DNA of 64,000 nt, from NCBI GenBank assembly GCA_964638035.1, contig CAZWXD010000011.1:24875-88874 (forward strand). Reading direction: 5' to 3'. Within the stretch, counting starts at the first letter, position 1. Every line of letters begins with the position of its first letter. The position numbers and the translations under genes are program-made. Positions 1 through 8,973 of this stretch are shown here, one piece after another. The notes beneath the pieces are model-generated. The model ran no database searches, was not told the origin of the DNA, and saw only the letters and a program-made list of their open reading frames with translations. The DNA comes from an uncultured Gemmatimonadaceae bacterium (GTDB lineage Bacteria > Gemmatimonadota > Gemmatimonadetes > Gemmatimonadales > GWC2-71-9).

Positions 1-1
1 G

Positions 2-1600
2 CGGCTCAGCTATACCGTGGCCCGGATGGGCCTGGTGCCCGAACTCGAGGTCACGAAGCTTCTGGCCCGGCACCACCGGATGCCGGCCGTCGACCTGTCG
101 CGTTTCGAGGTCGATCCCAAGATCCTGAAGCTGATCCCCAACGACATGGCGTCCAAGCACGTCGTGCTGCCCCTGAAGCGGGAAGGACGCACGCTCACGG
201 TGGCGGTGGCGGATCCCTCCGACCACGGCGTGCTCGACGACCTGAAGTTCATCACCCGCTACGACCTCTTCCCGGTGATCGCGGGCGAGGTGACGCTCCG
301 GCAGCTCATCGAGAAGCACTACGAGTCGCAGGGCGCCGAGCAGCAGCTGCAGAACCTGCTCAAGGACATGGCCGAGGACGAGGACGTCGAGGTCGTGGAC
401 GAGCAGGAAGACGAGGTGGCGACCCAGGCGCAGATCGACGACGCGCCGGTCGTGAAGCTCATCAACGGCATCCTGACCGAGGCGGTGCGGCGCGGCGCGA
501 GCGACATCCACGTCGAGCCGTTCGAGCACGAGATCCGGGTGCGGTACCGCATCGACGGCGCGCTGGTCGAGGTCATGAAGCCGCCGCTCAAGCTCAAGGC
601 GGCGCTCACCAGCCGCGTGAAGATCCTCTCCCAGCTCAACATCGCCGAGCGCCGGGTGCCGCAGGACGGGCGCCTCAAGCTCAAGATGGGCAACCGCGTC
701 ATCGACTTCCGGGTCTCGACCCTGCCCTGCCTGTTCGGCGAGAAGATCGTGATGCGAATCCTGGACAAGGGGAACCTGACGCTCGACCTCACCAAGTTCG
801 GCTTCGAGCCCAGGGCCGAGGCCGACCTGATGAAGGCGATCCTCAACCCCTACGGGATGGTGCTGGTGACGGGGCCGACAGGGTCGGGCAAGACCACCAC
901 GCTGTACTCCTGCCTGCAGCGGATCAACACGATCGAGACGAACATCATGACCGCCGAGGATCCCGTCGAGTACAACCTGATGGGGATCAACCAGGTCCTG
1001 GTGCGGAACGAGATCGGGCTCACCTTCGCGGCGGCGCTGAAGGCGTTCCTCCGGCAGGACCCCAACATCATCATGATCGGCGAGATCCGTGACCTGGAGA
1101 CGGGCGGCATCGCGATCAAGGCGGCGCTCACCGGCCACCTGGTGCTCTCGACGCTCCACACCAACGACGCCCCCAGCACCATCACCCGCATGATCGACAT
1201 GGGGCTCGAGGCGTTCAACGTGGCGAGTGCCGTGAACCTGGTGGTGGCGCAGCGGCTGGTCCGCCGGATCTGCAAGCAGTGCAAGGAACCCACGACCTAC
1301 TCCGACGAGATCCTGCACTCGCTGGGCACGGATCTTGATAGCCTCCGGAAGATCCCGTTCATGAAGGGCAAGGGATGCGAGGCGTGCGGCGGGCTCGGCT
1401 ACAAGGGCCGCGCCGGCCTCTATGAGGTCATGGCGATGACGCCGTCGGTTCGCCGGATGATCCTGCGGGGCGAGTCGTCGGCCGAGCTTCGGGACCAGGC
1501 AGTGTCGGAGGGGATGCTCACGCTCCGGATGGACGGCATGGTCAAGATCGAGAAGGGCATCACCACCCTCGAGGAAGTCGTGAAGGAGACGGCGGCATGA
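2..1600 (+). CDS. pilB: Type IV pilus assembly ATPase PilB (GspE/T2SS-E family); 5' end cut by window edge
   Basis: ORF 17..1600 stays open back to base 2 (RLSYTV...), so the GTG at 17 is probably internal. T2SSE_N-type N-domain (HVVLPLKREGRTLTVAVADPSD), Walker A GPTGSGKTTT, tetracysteine CKQC...CEAC. Followed by pilT and pilC. Confidence 0.93.
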   Translation, partial: RLSYTVARMGLVPELEVTKLLARHHRMPAVDLSRFEVDPKILKLIPNDMASKHVVLPLKREGRTLTVAVADPSDHGVLDDLKFITRYDLFPVIAGEVTLRQLIEKHYESQGAEQQLQNLLKDMAEDEDVEVVDEQEDEVATQAQIDDAPVVKLINGILTEAVRRGASDIHVEPFEHEIRVRYRIDGALVEVMKPPLKLKAALTSRVKILSQLNIAERRVPQDGRLKLKMGNRVIDFRVSTLPCLFGEKIVMRILDKGNLTLDLTKFGFEPRAEADLMKAILNPYGMVLVTGPTGSGKTTTLYSCLQRINTIETNIMTAEDPVEYNLMGINQVLVRNEIGLTFAAALKAFLRQDPNIIMIGEIRDLETGGIAIKAALTGHLVLSTLHTNDAPSTITRMIDMGLEAFNVASAVNLVVAQRLVRRICKQCKEPTTYSDEILHSLGTDLDSLRKIPFMKGKGCEACGGLGYKGRAGLYEVMAMTPSVRRMILRGESSAELRDQAVSEGMLTLRMDGMVKIEKGITTLEEVVKETAA

Positions 1601-2739
1601 GCGCGAACATCAACCTCAGGACCCTGCTCGAGGAGATGATCGAGCGCGAGGCCTCGGACCTGCACCTCACCGCTGGTGAGCGGCCGAAGCTCCGGATCGA
1701 CGGTGACATCACCAACGCGAACTCCTGCACCGAGGTCCTGGTGCCGAAGGACACGCTGTCCCTCGCCTATTCGGTGCTGACCGAGAACCAGAAGAAGCGG
1801 TTCGAGACCGAGGATGAGCTCGACTTCTCCTTCGGCATCCAGAACCTCGCGCGCTTCCGCGGCAACGTCTTCAAGCAGCGGGGCTGCGTCTCGGTGGCCA
1901 TCCGCATGATCCCGTTCAACGTGCGCACCTTCCAGGAGCTGGGGCTGCCCCCGGTCATGTCGAAGCTGGCGGAGCGCCCGCGCGGGCTCATCCTGGTGAC
2001 GGGCCCGACCGGCTCGGGCAAGTCCACCACGCTGGCCGCCATCATCGACAAGATCAACAAGGACCGGAAGGGCCACATCATCACGGTGGAGGACCCGATC
2101 GAGTTCATCCACCGCCACCAGAACTGCATCGTGAACCAGCGCGAGGTGGGGACTGACACGAAGAGCTTCGCGTCAGCGCTCAAGTACTGCCTGCGCGAGG
2201 ATCCCGACGTCATCCTGGTGGGCGAAATGCGCGACCTCGAGACGGTGGCCGCGGCACTCACCATCGCCGAGACCGGCCACCTGGCGCTCGCGACGCTGCA
2301 CACCAACTCGGCGGCGGAGTCCATCAACCGCATCATCGACGTCTTCCCGTCCAACCAGCAGTCGCAGGTCCGGGCCCAGCTCGCCTTCGTGCTGGAGGGC
2401 GTGCTGACCCAGGCGCTGCTGCCCCGGGCCCGGGGTCGCGGGCGCGCCATGGCCTGCGAGATCATGGTGGCGACGCCGGCGATCCGCGCGCTGATCCGGG
2501 ACGACAAGGTGCACCAGATCCAGTCGGCCCTGCAGTCGGGAAAGAAGTTCGGCATGCAGACGATGAACGACTCGTTGTACTCTTTGTACATGAACCGCGA
2601 GGTGGCGCAGGAGGAATGCCTGCGCGTCTCGCCCGACCCGAACGAGTTCCTCCGGATGATCGGCGAGAAGCCGGTGGAGGAGCAGGAGATCGGGGCAGCA
2701 CCTGCCGGCAGGCACGCTTCCGCCGGCGGCCGGCGTTAA
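1597..2739 (+). CDS. pilT: Twitching-motility retraction ATPase PilT
   Basis: 380 aa; Walker A GPTGSGKSTT; PilT-type segment LATLHTNSAAESINRIIDVFP. ATG overlaps the pilB stop (ATGA). Confidence 0.92.
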   Translation: MSANINLRTLLEEMIEREASDLHLTAGERPKLRIDGDITNANSCTEVLVPKDTLSLAYSVLTENQKKRFETEDELDFSFGIQNLARFRGNVFKQRGCVSVAIRMIPFNVRTFQELGLPPVMSKLAERPRGLILVTGPTGSGKSTTLAAIIDKINKDRKGHIITVEDPIEFIHRHQNCIVNQREVGTDTKSFASALKYCLREDPDVILVGEMRDLETVAAALTIAETGHLALATLHTNSAAESINRIIDVFPSNQQSQVRAQLAFVLEGVLTQALLPRARGRGRAMACEIMVATPAIRALIRDDKVHQIQSALQSGKKFGMQTMNDSLYSLYMNREVAQEECLRVSPDPNEFLRMIGEKPVEEQEIGAAPAGRHASAGGRR

Positions 2740-2754
2740 CCGGGAGAGGGACCG

Positions 2755-3957
2755 ATGCCGCTTTTCGAGTACACCGCGCGCAACCCGAGTGGCCAGATCC
2801 AGAAGGGCCAGGTCGATGTTGCCACCAGGGAGGACGTGACCGCGTACCTCCGCAAGCAGCGCATGGCGCTGGTGAGCGTCCGCGAGGCGCCCAAGCCCAT
2901 CAAGTTCAGCATGGGCGCCAAGTCGGTGAAGACACGCGACATCGTGATCTTCACCCGGCAGTTCGCGACCATGATCAACGCCGGCCTGCCGCTGGTCCAG
3001 TCCCTGGACATCCTGAGCAAGCAGACCGAGAACCCGACGCTCAAGGACGTGACCCGGAGCGTGGTGTTCGACGTGGAGGCCGGCAACACCCTGGCCGACG
3101 CGTTCCGGAAGCACCCCAAGGCGTTCAGCGACCTCTACGTGAACATGATCGCCGCCGGCGAGGCGGGCGGCATCCTGGACACGATCCTGGTCCGGCTGGC
3201 CACGTTCATGGAGAAGAACGACGCGCTGGTCCGGAAGGTGAAGGGCGCCATGGTCTACCCGCTCGTCATCATGAGCGTCGCGGCCATCGCCGTCACCGTG
3301 CTCCTCATCTTCGTGATCCCGACCTTCGCCAGCATGTTCGCCTCGGTGAACATGGAGCTGCCGCTCCCCACCCGGATCGTGATCGGGCTCTCCGACTTCC
3401 TGATGGGCTACTGGTGGGCGATCCTGGCGTCGATCGGCTTCGCCATCTTCATGATCCGGCGCTACTACGCCACCCCGCCGGGCCGGAAGCAGATCGACGG
3501 CATGCTGCTCAAGGCCCCGGTGCTGGGCGACGTGATCCGGAAGTCGGCCGTGAGCCGGTTCACCCGGACGCTCGGCACGCTCATCAGCTCGGGCGTGTCC
3601 ATCCTGGATGGCCTCGAGATCACCGCCAAGACGGCGGGCAACCAGGTCATCCACGACGCCGTCATGGAGTCCCGGGCCTCGATCGCCGGCGGCGAGACCA
3701 TTGCCGCCCCACTCGAGAAGTCGAAGGTGTTCCCGCCCATGGTCATCAGCATGATCGCAGTGGGTGAGCAGACCGGCGGCCTGGACGAGATGCTCTCGAA
3801 GATCGCCGACTTCTACGACGAGGAGGTGGACGTGGCGGTGAGCGCCCTCCTCTCCCTCATGGAACCGATGATGATCGTGGTCCTGGGTGTCGTGGTCGGT
3901 GGCATGGTGGTGGCGATGTACCTGCCGATCTTCGACATGATGAACGCGATTCAGTAG
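2755..3957 (+). CDS. pilC: Type IV pilus platform protein PilC (GspF family)
   Basis: 400 aa polytopic protein with duplicated GspF-type domains. Sits directly after pilB-pilT. Confidence 0.92.
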   Translation: MPLFEYTARNPSGQIQKGQVDVATREDVTAYLRKQRMALVSVREAPKPIKFSMGAKSVKTRDIVIFTRQFATMINAGLPLVQSLDILSKQTENPTLKDVTRSVVFDVEAGNTLADAFRKHPKAFSDLYVNMIAAGEAGGILDTILVRLATFMEKNDALVRKVKGAMVYPLVIMSVAAIAVTVLLIFVIPTFASMFASVNMELPLPTRIVIGLSDFLMGYWWAILASIGFAIFMIRRYYATPPGRKQIDGMLLKAPVLGDVIRKSAVSRFTRTLGTLISSGVSILDGLEITAKTAGNQVIHDAVMESRASIAGGETIAAPLEKSKVFPPMVISMIAVGEQTGGLDEMLSKIADFYDEEVDVAVSALLSLMEPMMIVVLGVVVGGMVVAMYLPIFDMMNAIQ

Positions 3958-3960
3958 CAG

Positions 3961-3992
3961 GACGGCGAGACGGCGAGACGCCGAGACGGCGA
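3961..3992 (+). repeat. Tandem octamer array, family 1 (GACGGCGA x4, one GACGCCGA variant), single arm
   Basis: Read directly: gacggcga gacggcga gacgccga gacggcga, beginning 4 nt after the pilC stop. The same unit recurs at 46288.. and, as its complement, at 47979... Confidence 0.85.
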
Positions 3993-3993
3993 G

Positions 3994-4024
3994 GGCCCCA
4001 GGGGAGTGATCCCCGGGGCTTTTC
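3994..4024 (+). terminator. Rho-independent terminator after pilC
   Basis: GCCCC(A)GGGGA - gtga - TCCCCGGGGC stem-loop followed by TTTT. Confidence 0.75.
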
Positions 4025-4027
4025 GTC

Positions 4028-4210
4028 GTGCCCCCAGCGGTGGTCACTGCCGTCCAGCCCGGCGGAGTTCAGGGCGTGGCGCTGCACGAGATGGGGCACG
4101 TCCTGGGCTTCGGGAGCATCTGGGAAGAGCGCGGCCTCCTCGCCGATGCGAGCTGGAGCGGCGGCCTGGACCCGCACTTCGTCATGCCCATGGGGGCTCG
4201 GCACCGATCC
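4028..4210 (+). pseudogene. Relic of a zincin metallopeptidase (leishmanolysin/M8-like HExxHxxGF core)
   Basis: Translation ...GVQGVALHEMGHVLGFGSIWEERGLLADASWSGGLDPHF... carries a catalytic-helix motif. There is no N-terminal domain or signal peptide. The ORF starts inside the terminator tail and runs out of frame into the M48 gene. Confidence 0.35.
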
Positions 4211-4284
4211 CCGCCCGTCGGTTACACCCTTGACCGTGACTGGCCCGGGGCGGATATGTATTCGGCTCCCGGACTGGAGGATCC

Positions 4285-5274
4285 ATGCACGCCAGGGCGC
4301 TCCTGCTGGCCACGCTGGCCGTGGGCGGCACCCCGCTCGGCGCGGGTGACGTCAAACTCGAAGCCGTCGTGGATTTCGTCCGCGGCGACACGCTCTTCGT
4401 GGACGGCCAGCGTCTGGTGCTCGGCGCCGGCACGAGGTACAAGGGTTCCAGGCCTTCCGGAGCGGGGGAGGTTCCACCGGGGTCCTGGGCGAAGGGCAAG
4501 GGTCCGCGCGACGCGAACGGAGCGATTCTCGCCGCCGAGGTGGAGCTTCGTGCTGCGAATCCCGACGAATCACACGAGGCCGAGTTGAAGGCCGCCTCCG
4601 ACCAGGCCGAGGAGGCATGGGTGTCCAAGGGCATGATGTACATGCCGGCGGGAGACGGGAAGGTGGCCAAGATCGGCGACCTGGTGACCAAGGGGCCCTA
4701 TGTCGTGCGGGCCCGGAAGATCATGGACAAGCTCCGGCCGCCCTACGTCAAGTCCAGCGACCTCCGGGTCCACATCGTGAAGACCGAGGAATGGAATGCC
4801 TCGGCGATGGCCAACGGGGCCGTCTGGGTGTACACCGGCCTCATGGACGACTTCGACGACGACGAGCTGGCCATCGTGCTCGGGCACGAGCTGGCACACT
4901 ACACGAACGAGCATTCCCGCCGGAACGCCGGAAAGAGTTCCCTGGGCCAGATCCTTGGCGCCGGCGCAGCGGTCGCTGGCGCGGCCCTGGGCGGCACGGC
5001 CGGCCAGATGGCACAGCTCGGTGGCCAGCTGGGCGCCTCGGCACTCCTGTCGGGCTACAGCCGGTCCTTCGAGGACCAGGCCGACCGCGTGGGGCTCCGG
5101 TATGTGTACGAGGCCGGCTACGACGTGAACAAGGGGCCGCAGCTCTGGGAAAAATTCCGCACCAAGTACGGTGAGACCGACCAGGTCTCGAACTTCTTCA
5201 CGGGAGACCACTCGCGGCCAACCGATCGCATCAAGAACATCCAGAACCAGATCGCCTGGAACTACGCTGGCTGA
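4285..5274 (+). CDS. M48 family zinc metallopeptidase, secreted/periplasmic
   Basis: Signal peptide MHARALLLATLAVGG; HExxH in LGHELAHYTNEH; downstream FEDQADRVG. N-terminal OB-like region. Confidence 0.85.
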   Translation: MHARALLLATLAVGGTPLGAGDVKLEAVVDFVRGDTLFVDGQRLVLGAGTRYKGSRPSGAGEVPPGSWAKGKGPRDANGAILAAEVELRAANPDESHEAELKAASDQAEEAWVSKGMMYMPAGDGKVAKIGDLVTKGPYVVRARKIMDKLRPPYVKSSDLRVHIVKTEEWNASAMANGAVWVYTGLMDDFDDDELAIVLGHELAHYTNEHSRRNAGKSSLGQILGAGAAVAGAALGGTAGQMAQLGGQLGASALLSGYSRSFEDQADRVGLRYVYEAGYDVNKGPQLWEKFRTKYGETDQVSNFFTGDHSRPTDRIKNIQNQIAWNYAG

Positions 5275-5987
5275 ACCCCGCGCAGGCCGGGCGATCCCAG
5301 CACCCTCCTCCCGAGCGCCCCGCCGTGCAGGTCGATCGCGGTGTGCAGGATCATGGGCCAGAGCAGCGACCCGGTGAGGATGTAGAGCCCCGTCAGCAGG
5401 GCACCGACGACGCCTGTCTTGACCATGCCCATCGCACCCTGGTAGGCGTGCCCCGCCGCAAACGCGAGCACGGCAACAGTGACGCCAGGCCAGGGGCCCA
5501 GGAGCGTCACGGCGTACCAGAGCAGGAACCCGCGGTAAATGATCTCCTCTGCTGTGCCAGCCGTGAGTGCCAGCCAGCGAAACAGCCGGTGCTCGCGGTC
5601 ATCGTGGGGCAGCAGCAACTCCACAGGTGCAAGCTGCGCCCGGAGCCGGGTCAGGCCCTCGTCGCCGATGCGGCGCAGTGACACCCACTGGAACCAGAGG
5701 CCGGCCAGGGCGCCAAGCAACGGCGGCACGCCCCACAGCAGGCGGCGGTCCATCGGCAGCTGGAAGCCGAGCCCCGCGAGTTGCCGCCCTGCCAGCAGCC
5801 AGCCGGTGAGGATCAGCAGCACCAGGGCCCACTCGATCACGATGCTGCGCCAGTACTCCCGCATGCGCGCATCGGGATCGTTTGCGGCCACGGAACGCGC
5901 CAGGACCCGCCAGCCCCAGGTTCCCCAGATCGGCACCGCGACCACGATCACGACGGCAAGGACATGATCGAGCGGCCCGGGCGTCAT
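5262..5987 (-). CDS. CPBP (CAAX) family intramembrane glutamic endopeptidase
   Basis: C-terminal 241 aa of the 580-aa ORF 5262..7004, starting MTPGPLDHV. Motifs EEIIYRGF, FAAGH, HTAIDL; multiple TM helices. Its ATG overlaps the stop of the upstream dapA-like gene (ATGA). Confidence 0.8.
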   Translation of the reverse strand: MTPGPLDHVLAVVIVVAVPIWGTWGWRVLARSVAANDPDARMREYWRSIVIEWALVLLILTGWLLAGRQLAGLGFQLPMDRRLLWGVPPLLGALAGLWFQWVSLRRIGDEGLTRLRAQLAPVELLLPHDDREHRLFRWLALTAGTAEEIIYRGFLLWYAVTLLGPWPGVTVAVLAFAAGHAYQGAMGMVKTGVVGALLTGLYILTGSLLWPMILHTAIDLHGGALGRRVLGSPGLRGVQPA

Positions 5988-6928
5988 CGCAGGCCCTCGC
6001 GGAGGCCTGGCATGGTGAGGCCTGCCGCCGTTGCGTCCGCCACCACCCGCGCTGCCTCGTCGGGAGCGAGTTCCGCGAGTGGCGGCCGCACCGTACGCCA
6101 CGCGGGATCGGCGGCATGGTGTGCAATGCAGGCCTTGAGCGCCGGGATCATCGACGACGCTCGCTGGAGCGCGGTACGCACCTGGTTCGCGGCCTCCTGC
6201 GCGGCAGGCGCGTCCTGCCCCTGGCGGTGCGCCCGAAGGACCGCGGCAATGCCATGGGGGTTCACGTTGGCGCCCGCCGTGATGCACCCGGCACCACCGG
6301 CGGCAAGGGTCCGCAGGAGGAACACTTCGCTCCCCGCAAAGACGTCGAAGCCCCGCGGCCCGAACTGCCGGATGAGCGACCCGGTGTTGCTCCAGTCGCC
6401 CGAACTGTCCTTGAGGCCCGCCACCGTTCCGGGAAAGGCGTCGAGCAGCCGGGCGATGAGGCCCGGGGCAATCCCCACCACGGCCACCGGCGGAATGTGG
6501 TAGAGGTAGAGTCGGAGCCTGGGGTCGCCCACGCGCCCGATGACCTCGCTGAAGTGCCGGAAGAGCCCATCCTCCGGCACGCCCTTGTAGTAGAAGGGCG
6601 GGAGGGCCAGGACGCCGGCACAGCCAAGCCTCGTGGCATGCGCGGAAAGCCGCGCCGTCTCGGTGATGGAACAGCACCCGGTACCGGGCATGAGTCGCCC
6701 GGCAGGAATGCCCGCCGCAATGATGGCCTCCAGGAGGTCCATGCGCTCCTCTGCGGCCATCGAGTTGGCCTCGCTGTTGGTCCCGAAGACGGCGAGGCCA
6801 TCGCAACCCAGGTCCAGCAACCAGCGACAATGCCGGGCGAGGCGTGCTGGATCCGGGGCGAGCGCTGCAGTGAATGGCGTGACCACCGGTGCGAGGACGC
6901 CGCGGATGGGGGGGGCGGGGATGCTCAT
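5984..6928 (-). CDS. Dihydrodipicolinate synthase/N-acetylneuraminate lyase family (class I aldolase) protein
   Basis: VVTPF..., GTNSEANSM, Schiff-base Lys context GLKDSSG, YHIP. Start is ambiguous among ATGs at 6979, 6940 and 6928; 6928 gives the usual family length. Confidence 0.75.
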   Translation of the reverse strand: MSIPAPPIRGVLAPVVTPFTAALAPDPARLARHCRWLLDLGCDGLAVFGTNSEANSMAAEERMDLLEAIIAAGIPAGRLMPGTGCCSITETARLSAHATRLGCAGVLALPPFYYKGVPEDGLFRHFSEVIGRVGDPRLRLYLYHIPPVAVVGIAPGLIARLLDAFPGTVAGLKDSSGDWSNTGSLIRQFGPRGFDVFAGSEVFLLRTLAAGGAGCITAGANVNPHGIAAVLRAHRQGQDAPAAQEAANQVRTALQRASSMIPALKACIAHHAADPAWRTVRPPLAELAPDEAARVVADATAAGLTMPGLREGLR

Positions 6929-7018
6929 GGCAGGAAGCATAGCCCCGGCGCCGGGCGAGTTCGTACCTGCGGCAGCCACGGGCTAGGCTCAGGCGTCCCG
7001 GCATCGTACAATTCAGCC

Positions 7019-7501
7019 ATGCTAACTGCCTTCCTGATCGAGGTGACCGCTGTCGTGGCCTGCCTCGTCCTCGCCTGCACCGGGCTCAGCCACCTTCCTC
7101 CCACGGGCTGGCTGCTCAACGTGACGCCCGGCGAGCACCACTGGAACCTGGCGTATGTGGCGCTGGTGCTGGGATCGCTCGGGCTGGGCGCGTTCCTCCT
7201 CCGCCGCGCGATTGCGCGGCCGCTCTCGCTCGGGATCATCCCCGGCGTGTCGGCCCGCACCAGTGGCTTCGTGGCGTTTGTCCTGGCGATTCCCGCTGCA
7301 CTCACGCTGTTCTGGTGGATCGCCGCCGACACCAAGGGTGTGCTGCCCGTGGGCCCGGTCGGCTATGCGCTGGGGCTGGTGGCGCTCGTCTCGCTCAGCT
7401 GGTTCACCGTCGCGGCAGGGGCGCTCTGGATCGGGCGCGAGTCACAGCGGGAGCGGGACGTGGCCGAGTCCGGCGTCGGCGAGCCCATCGGATTGCCATG
7501 A
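7019..7501 (+). CDS. Hypothetical polytopic membrane protein
   Basis: 160-aa tail of ORF 5882..7501 from an internal ATG. 4-5 hydrophobic helices. First gene of a three-gene set coupled by ATGA overlaps. Confidence 0.6.
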   Translation: MLTAFLIEVTAVVACLVLACTGLSHLPPTGWLLNVTPGEHHWNLAYVALVLGSLGLGAFLLRRAIARPLSLGIIPGVSARTSGFVAFVLAIPAALTLFWWIAADTKGVLPVGPVGYALGLVALVSLSWFTVAAGALWIGRESQRERDVAESGVGEPIGLP

Positions 7502-7965
7502 GGCGCTGGGCACTCCTGGCGCTGCTCCTCGCCGGCTGTGGCAAGGCGGGCGCAGACAAGGCAAGTGCGGGGCCGCCGCCGTCCATCATGGGCCTGATCC
7601 TGGCCGGGACGATGGACTCTGCGCTGGCGGGGGTTGAGCCGGAGCGGCGCGACATGCCAGCCACGGCCGGCGAGCCCGCGCGCAACCTCCAGCTGTGGCG
7701 GCTCAACGGGAAGCCGGCGAAGCTGGTGTTGAACGAGGTGAGCGAAGTGCGCGGCAAGCTGCTGCAGTCCACCTGGTACTTCAAGGACGGCGCCATCGTC
7801 TTTGCTTCTGACCCGGACAGCCGCTACGCCTACGCCGACGGCCACCTGGCCGAGGTCAGCGATGCCTCGGGTGTGGTCACCGAAACGACGACAGATGTCT
7901 TGCGCACCACCGAAGACGGCCTGCGCGTCGAGGCAGACGGCTGGCTGAAGGAGTTTGGCCCATGA
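7498..7965 (+). CDS. Hypothetical lipoprotein
   Basis: MRRWALLALLLAGCG lipobox. ATG overlaps the upstream stop. Confidence 0.6.
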   Translation: MRRWALLALLLAGCGKAGADKASAGPPPSIMGLILAGTMDSALAGVEPERRDMPATAGEPARNLQLWRLNGKPAKLVLNEVSEVRGKLLQSTWYFKDGAIVFASDPDSRYAYADGHLAEVSDASGVVTETTTDVLRTTEDGLRVEADGWLKEFGP

Positions 7966-8210
7966 GCACGCCAGTGACACAAGCGCGCGATGCGGAGTAC
8001 CAGCGTTACCTCGCCGAGGCCCGCGCGGAGGTGGAGGCATTGCTGGCCCCGGACACCACGCCGGATCCCGAGCCAGTCTCGATCCGGGAACCAGCCGGGC
8101 CCGTCCTGAAGGTGCTGATCATTGCCGCCATTACGGGGGTCGTCGGCGTGCTGGTGCTGATGGCATGGCTGGTGTTCAAGGGCCGCCGGCCCGCCCGCTC
8201 GATCGCCTGA
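7962..8210 (+). CDS. Hypothetical small C-terminally anchored membrane protein
   Basis: 82 aa with one TM helix (VLKVLIIAAITGVVGVLVLMAWLVF). ATGA overlap with the upstream gene. Confidence 0.5.
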   Translation: MSTPVTQARDAEYQRYLAEARAEVEALLAPDTTPDPEPVSIREPAGPVLKVLIIAAITGVVGVLVLMAWLVFKGRRPARSIA

Positions 8211-8234
8211 CCGTCGCAAGCTGAAACAATGCCA

Positions 8235-8268
8235 GAACGCCGGCCGTAAGGTCGGCGTTCCTGTTTTC
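8235..8268 (+). terminator. Rho-independent terminator
   Basis: GAACGCCGGCC - gtaa - GGTCGGCGTTC (11 bp, one G-U pair) followed by CTGTTTTCT. Confidence 0.7.
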
Positions 8269-8288
8269 TACGCTGTCAGGAGGTGCCC

Positions 8289-8966
8289 ATGGGACGGAAA
8301 TTCTGGCTCCGGGTTGCCGGCGGGGCCCTGGTGGTGTTCCTGCTCGGGTTTGCCTTGTTCACCGGCGCCCGGGCCGCCAAGCAGGAGGCGGGTCATGCCA
8401 TCGCCGAGGTCGCCTCGAGCCTGGGCGGCGAGGTGCCGGCGATGCTGGCAGGGCTCAAGGACTCGGTGACCGTCTCATTGAATGGGGAGCGCCTGGGCCG
8501 GCTGCAGCACCTCACGGTCGAGCGACCGGTGGAGGGAAAGCTGCCGGAGGTGCGGGCCCTGTTGCGACTGGACGACCTGGGCCGGCTTCGCGAGCTGGCA
8601 TCGTGCAGCCTGACACCGGCCAACGGGCGCGACCTTCACCAGTTCCGCTGCGCCGCTGCCGGAGAGACGGGCCTGGACCAGTTGGGCACGGTTGATATCC
8701 AGGGGGAGGACCTCGAGCTGCCGCTGCTGGTGAGCGACTCCCTCGCGGCCGAGCTGCGGAAGGGCGGGCCCATCCATGCCAGCCTGGACCTGACCGAGAA
8801 CGTAAGGGCCCTGGTCAAGGTCGGGGACCACAAGGTCGTCGACATCAAGGCCGACAGCAACGGGGCCCGGATCGTGGTGAACGACGAGAAGGGCAACAAG
8901 GTCGTCCGCATGCAGGCCGACTCGACAGGATTCTCCCTCACCGTGGACTCGGCGCGGCCGCGATAG
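8289..8966 (+). CDS. Hypothetical N-terminally anchored protein
   Basis: AGGAGG lies 5 nt before the ATG at 8289 (the ORF track starts at GTG 8283). N-terminal TM LRVAGGALVVFLLGFALF. No recognisable domain. Confidence 0.55.
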   Translation: MGRKFWLRVAGGALVVFLLGFALFTGARAAKQEAGHAIAEVASSLGGEVPAMLAGLKDSVTVSLNGERLGRLQHLTVERPVEGKLPEVRALLRLDDLGRLRELASCSLTPANGRDLHQFRCAAAGETGLDQLGTVDIQGEDLELPLLVSDSLAAELRKGGPIHASLDLTENVRALVKVGDHKVVDIKADSNGARIVVNDEKGNKVVRMQADSTGFSLTVDSARPR

Positions 8967-8973
8967 GACGCCC

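Noticed and set aside
2173-4047. 624-aa ORF antisense to pilT-pilC. Similar long antisense ORFs include 12533..14374 (+), 18915..20327 (-), 20543..22450 (-), 23208..24905 (-), 30062..32863 (-), 42894..44804 (-), 48022..49890 (-), 51432..53120 (-) and 59661..61565 (+).
   Set aside because: These are shadow ORFs typical of high-GC DNA. They lie opposite genes with clear family signatures. Their translations are Arg/Gly/His/Asp/Pro-rich low-complexity strings without motifs.
5262-7004. Single 580-aa ORF spanning the CPBP protease gene and the region antisense/out of frame to the dapA-like gene.
   Set aside because: Only the C-terminal 241 aa show CPBP motifs and TM helices. The N-terminal part is Arg/Pro-rich and overlaps the well-supported dapA-like frame. 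The internal ATG at 5987 overlaps that gene's stop (ATGA).
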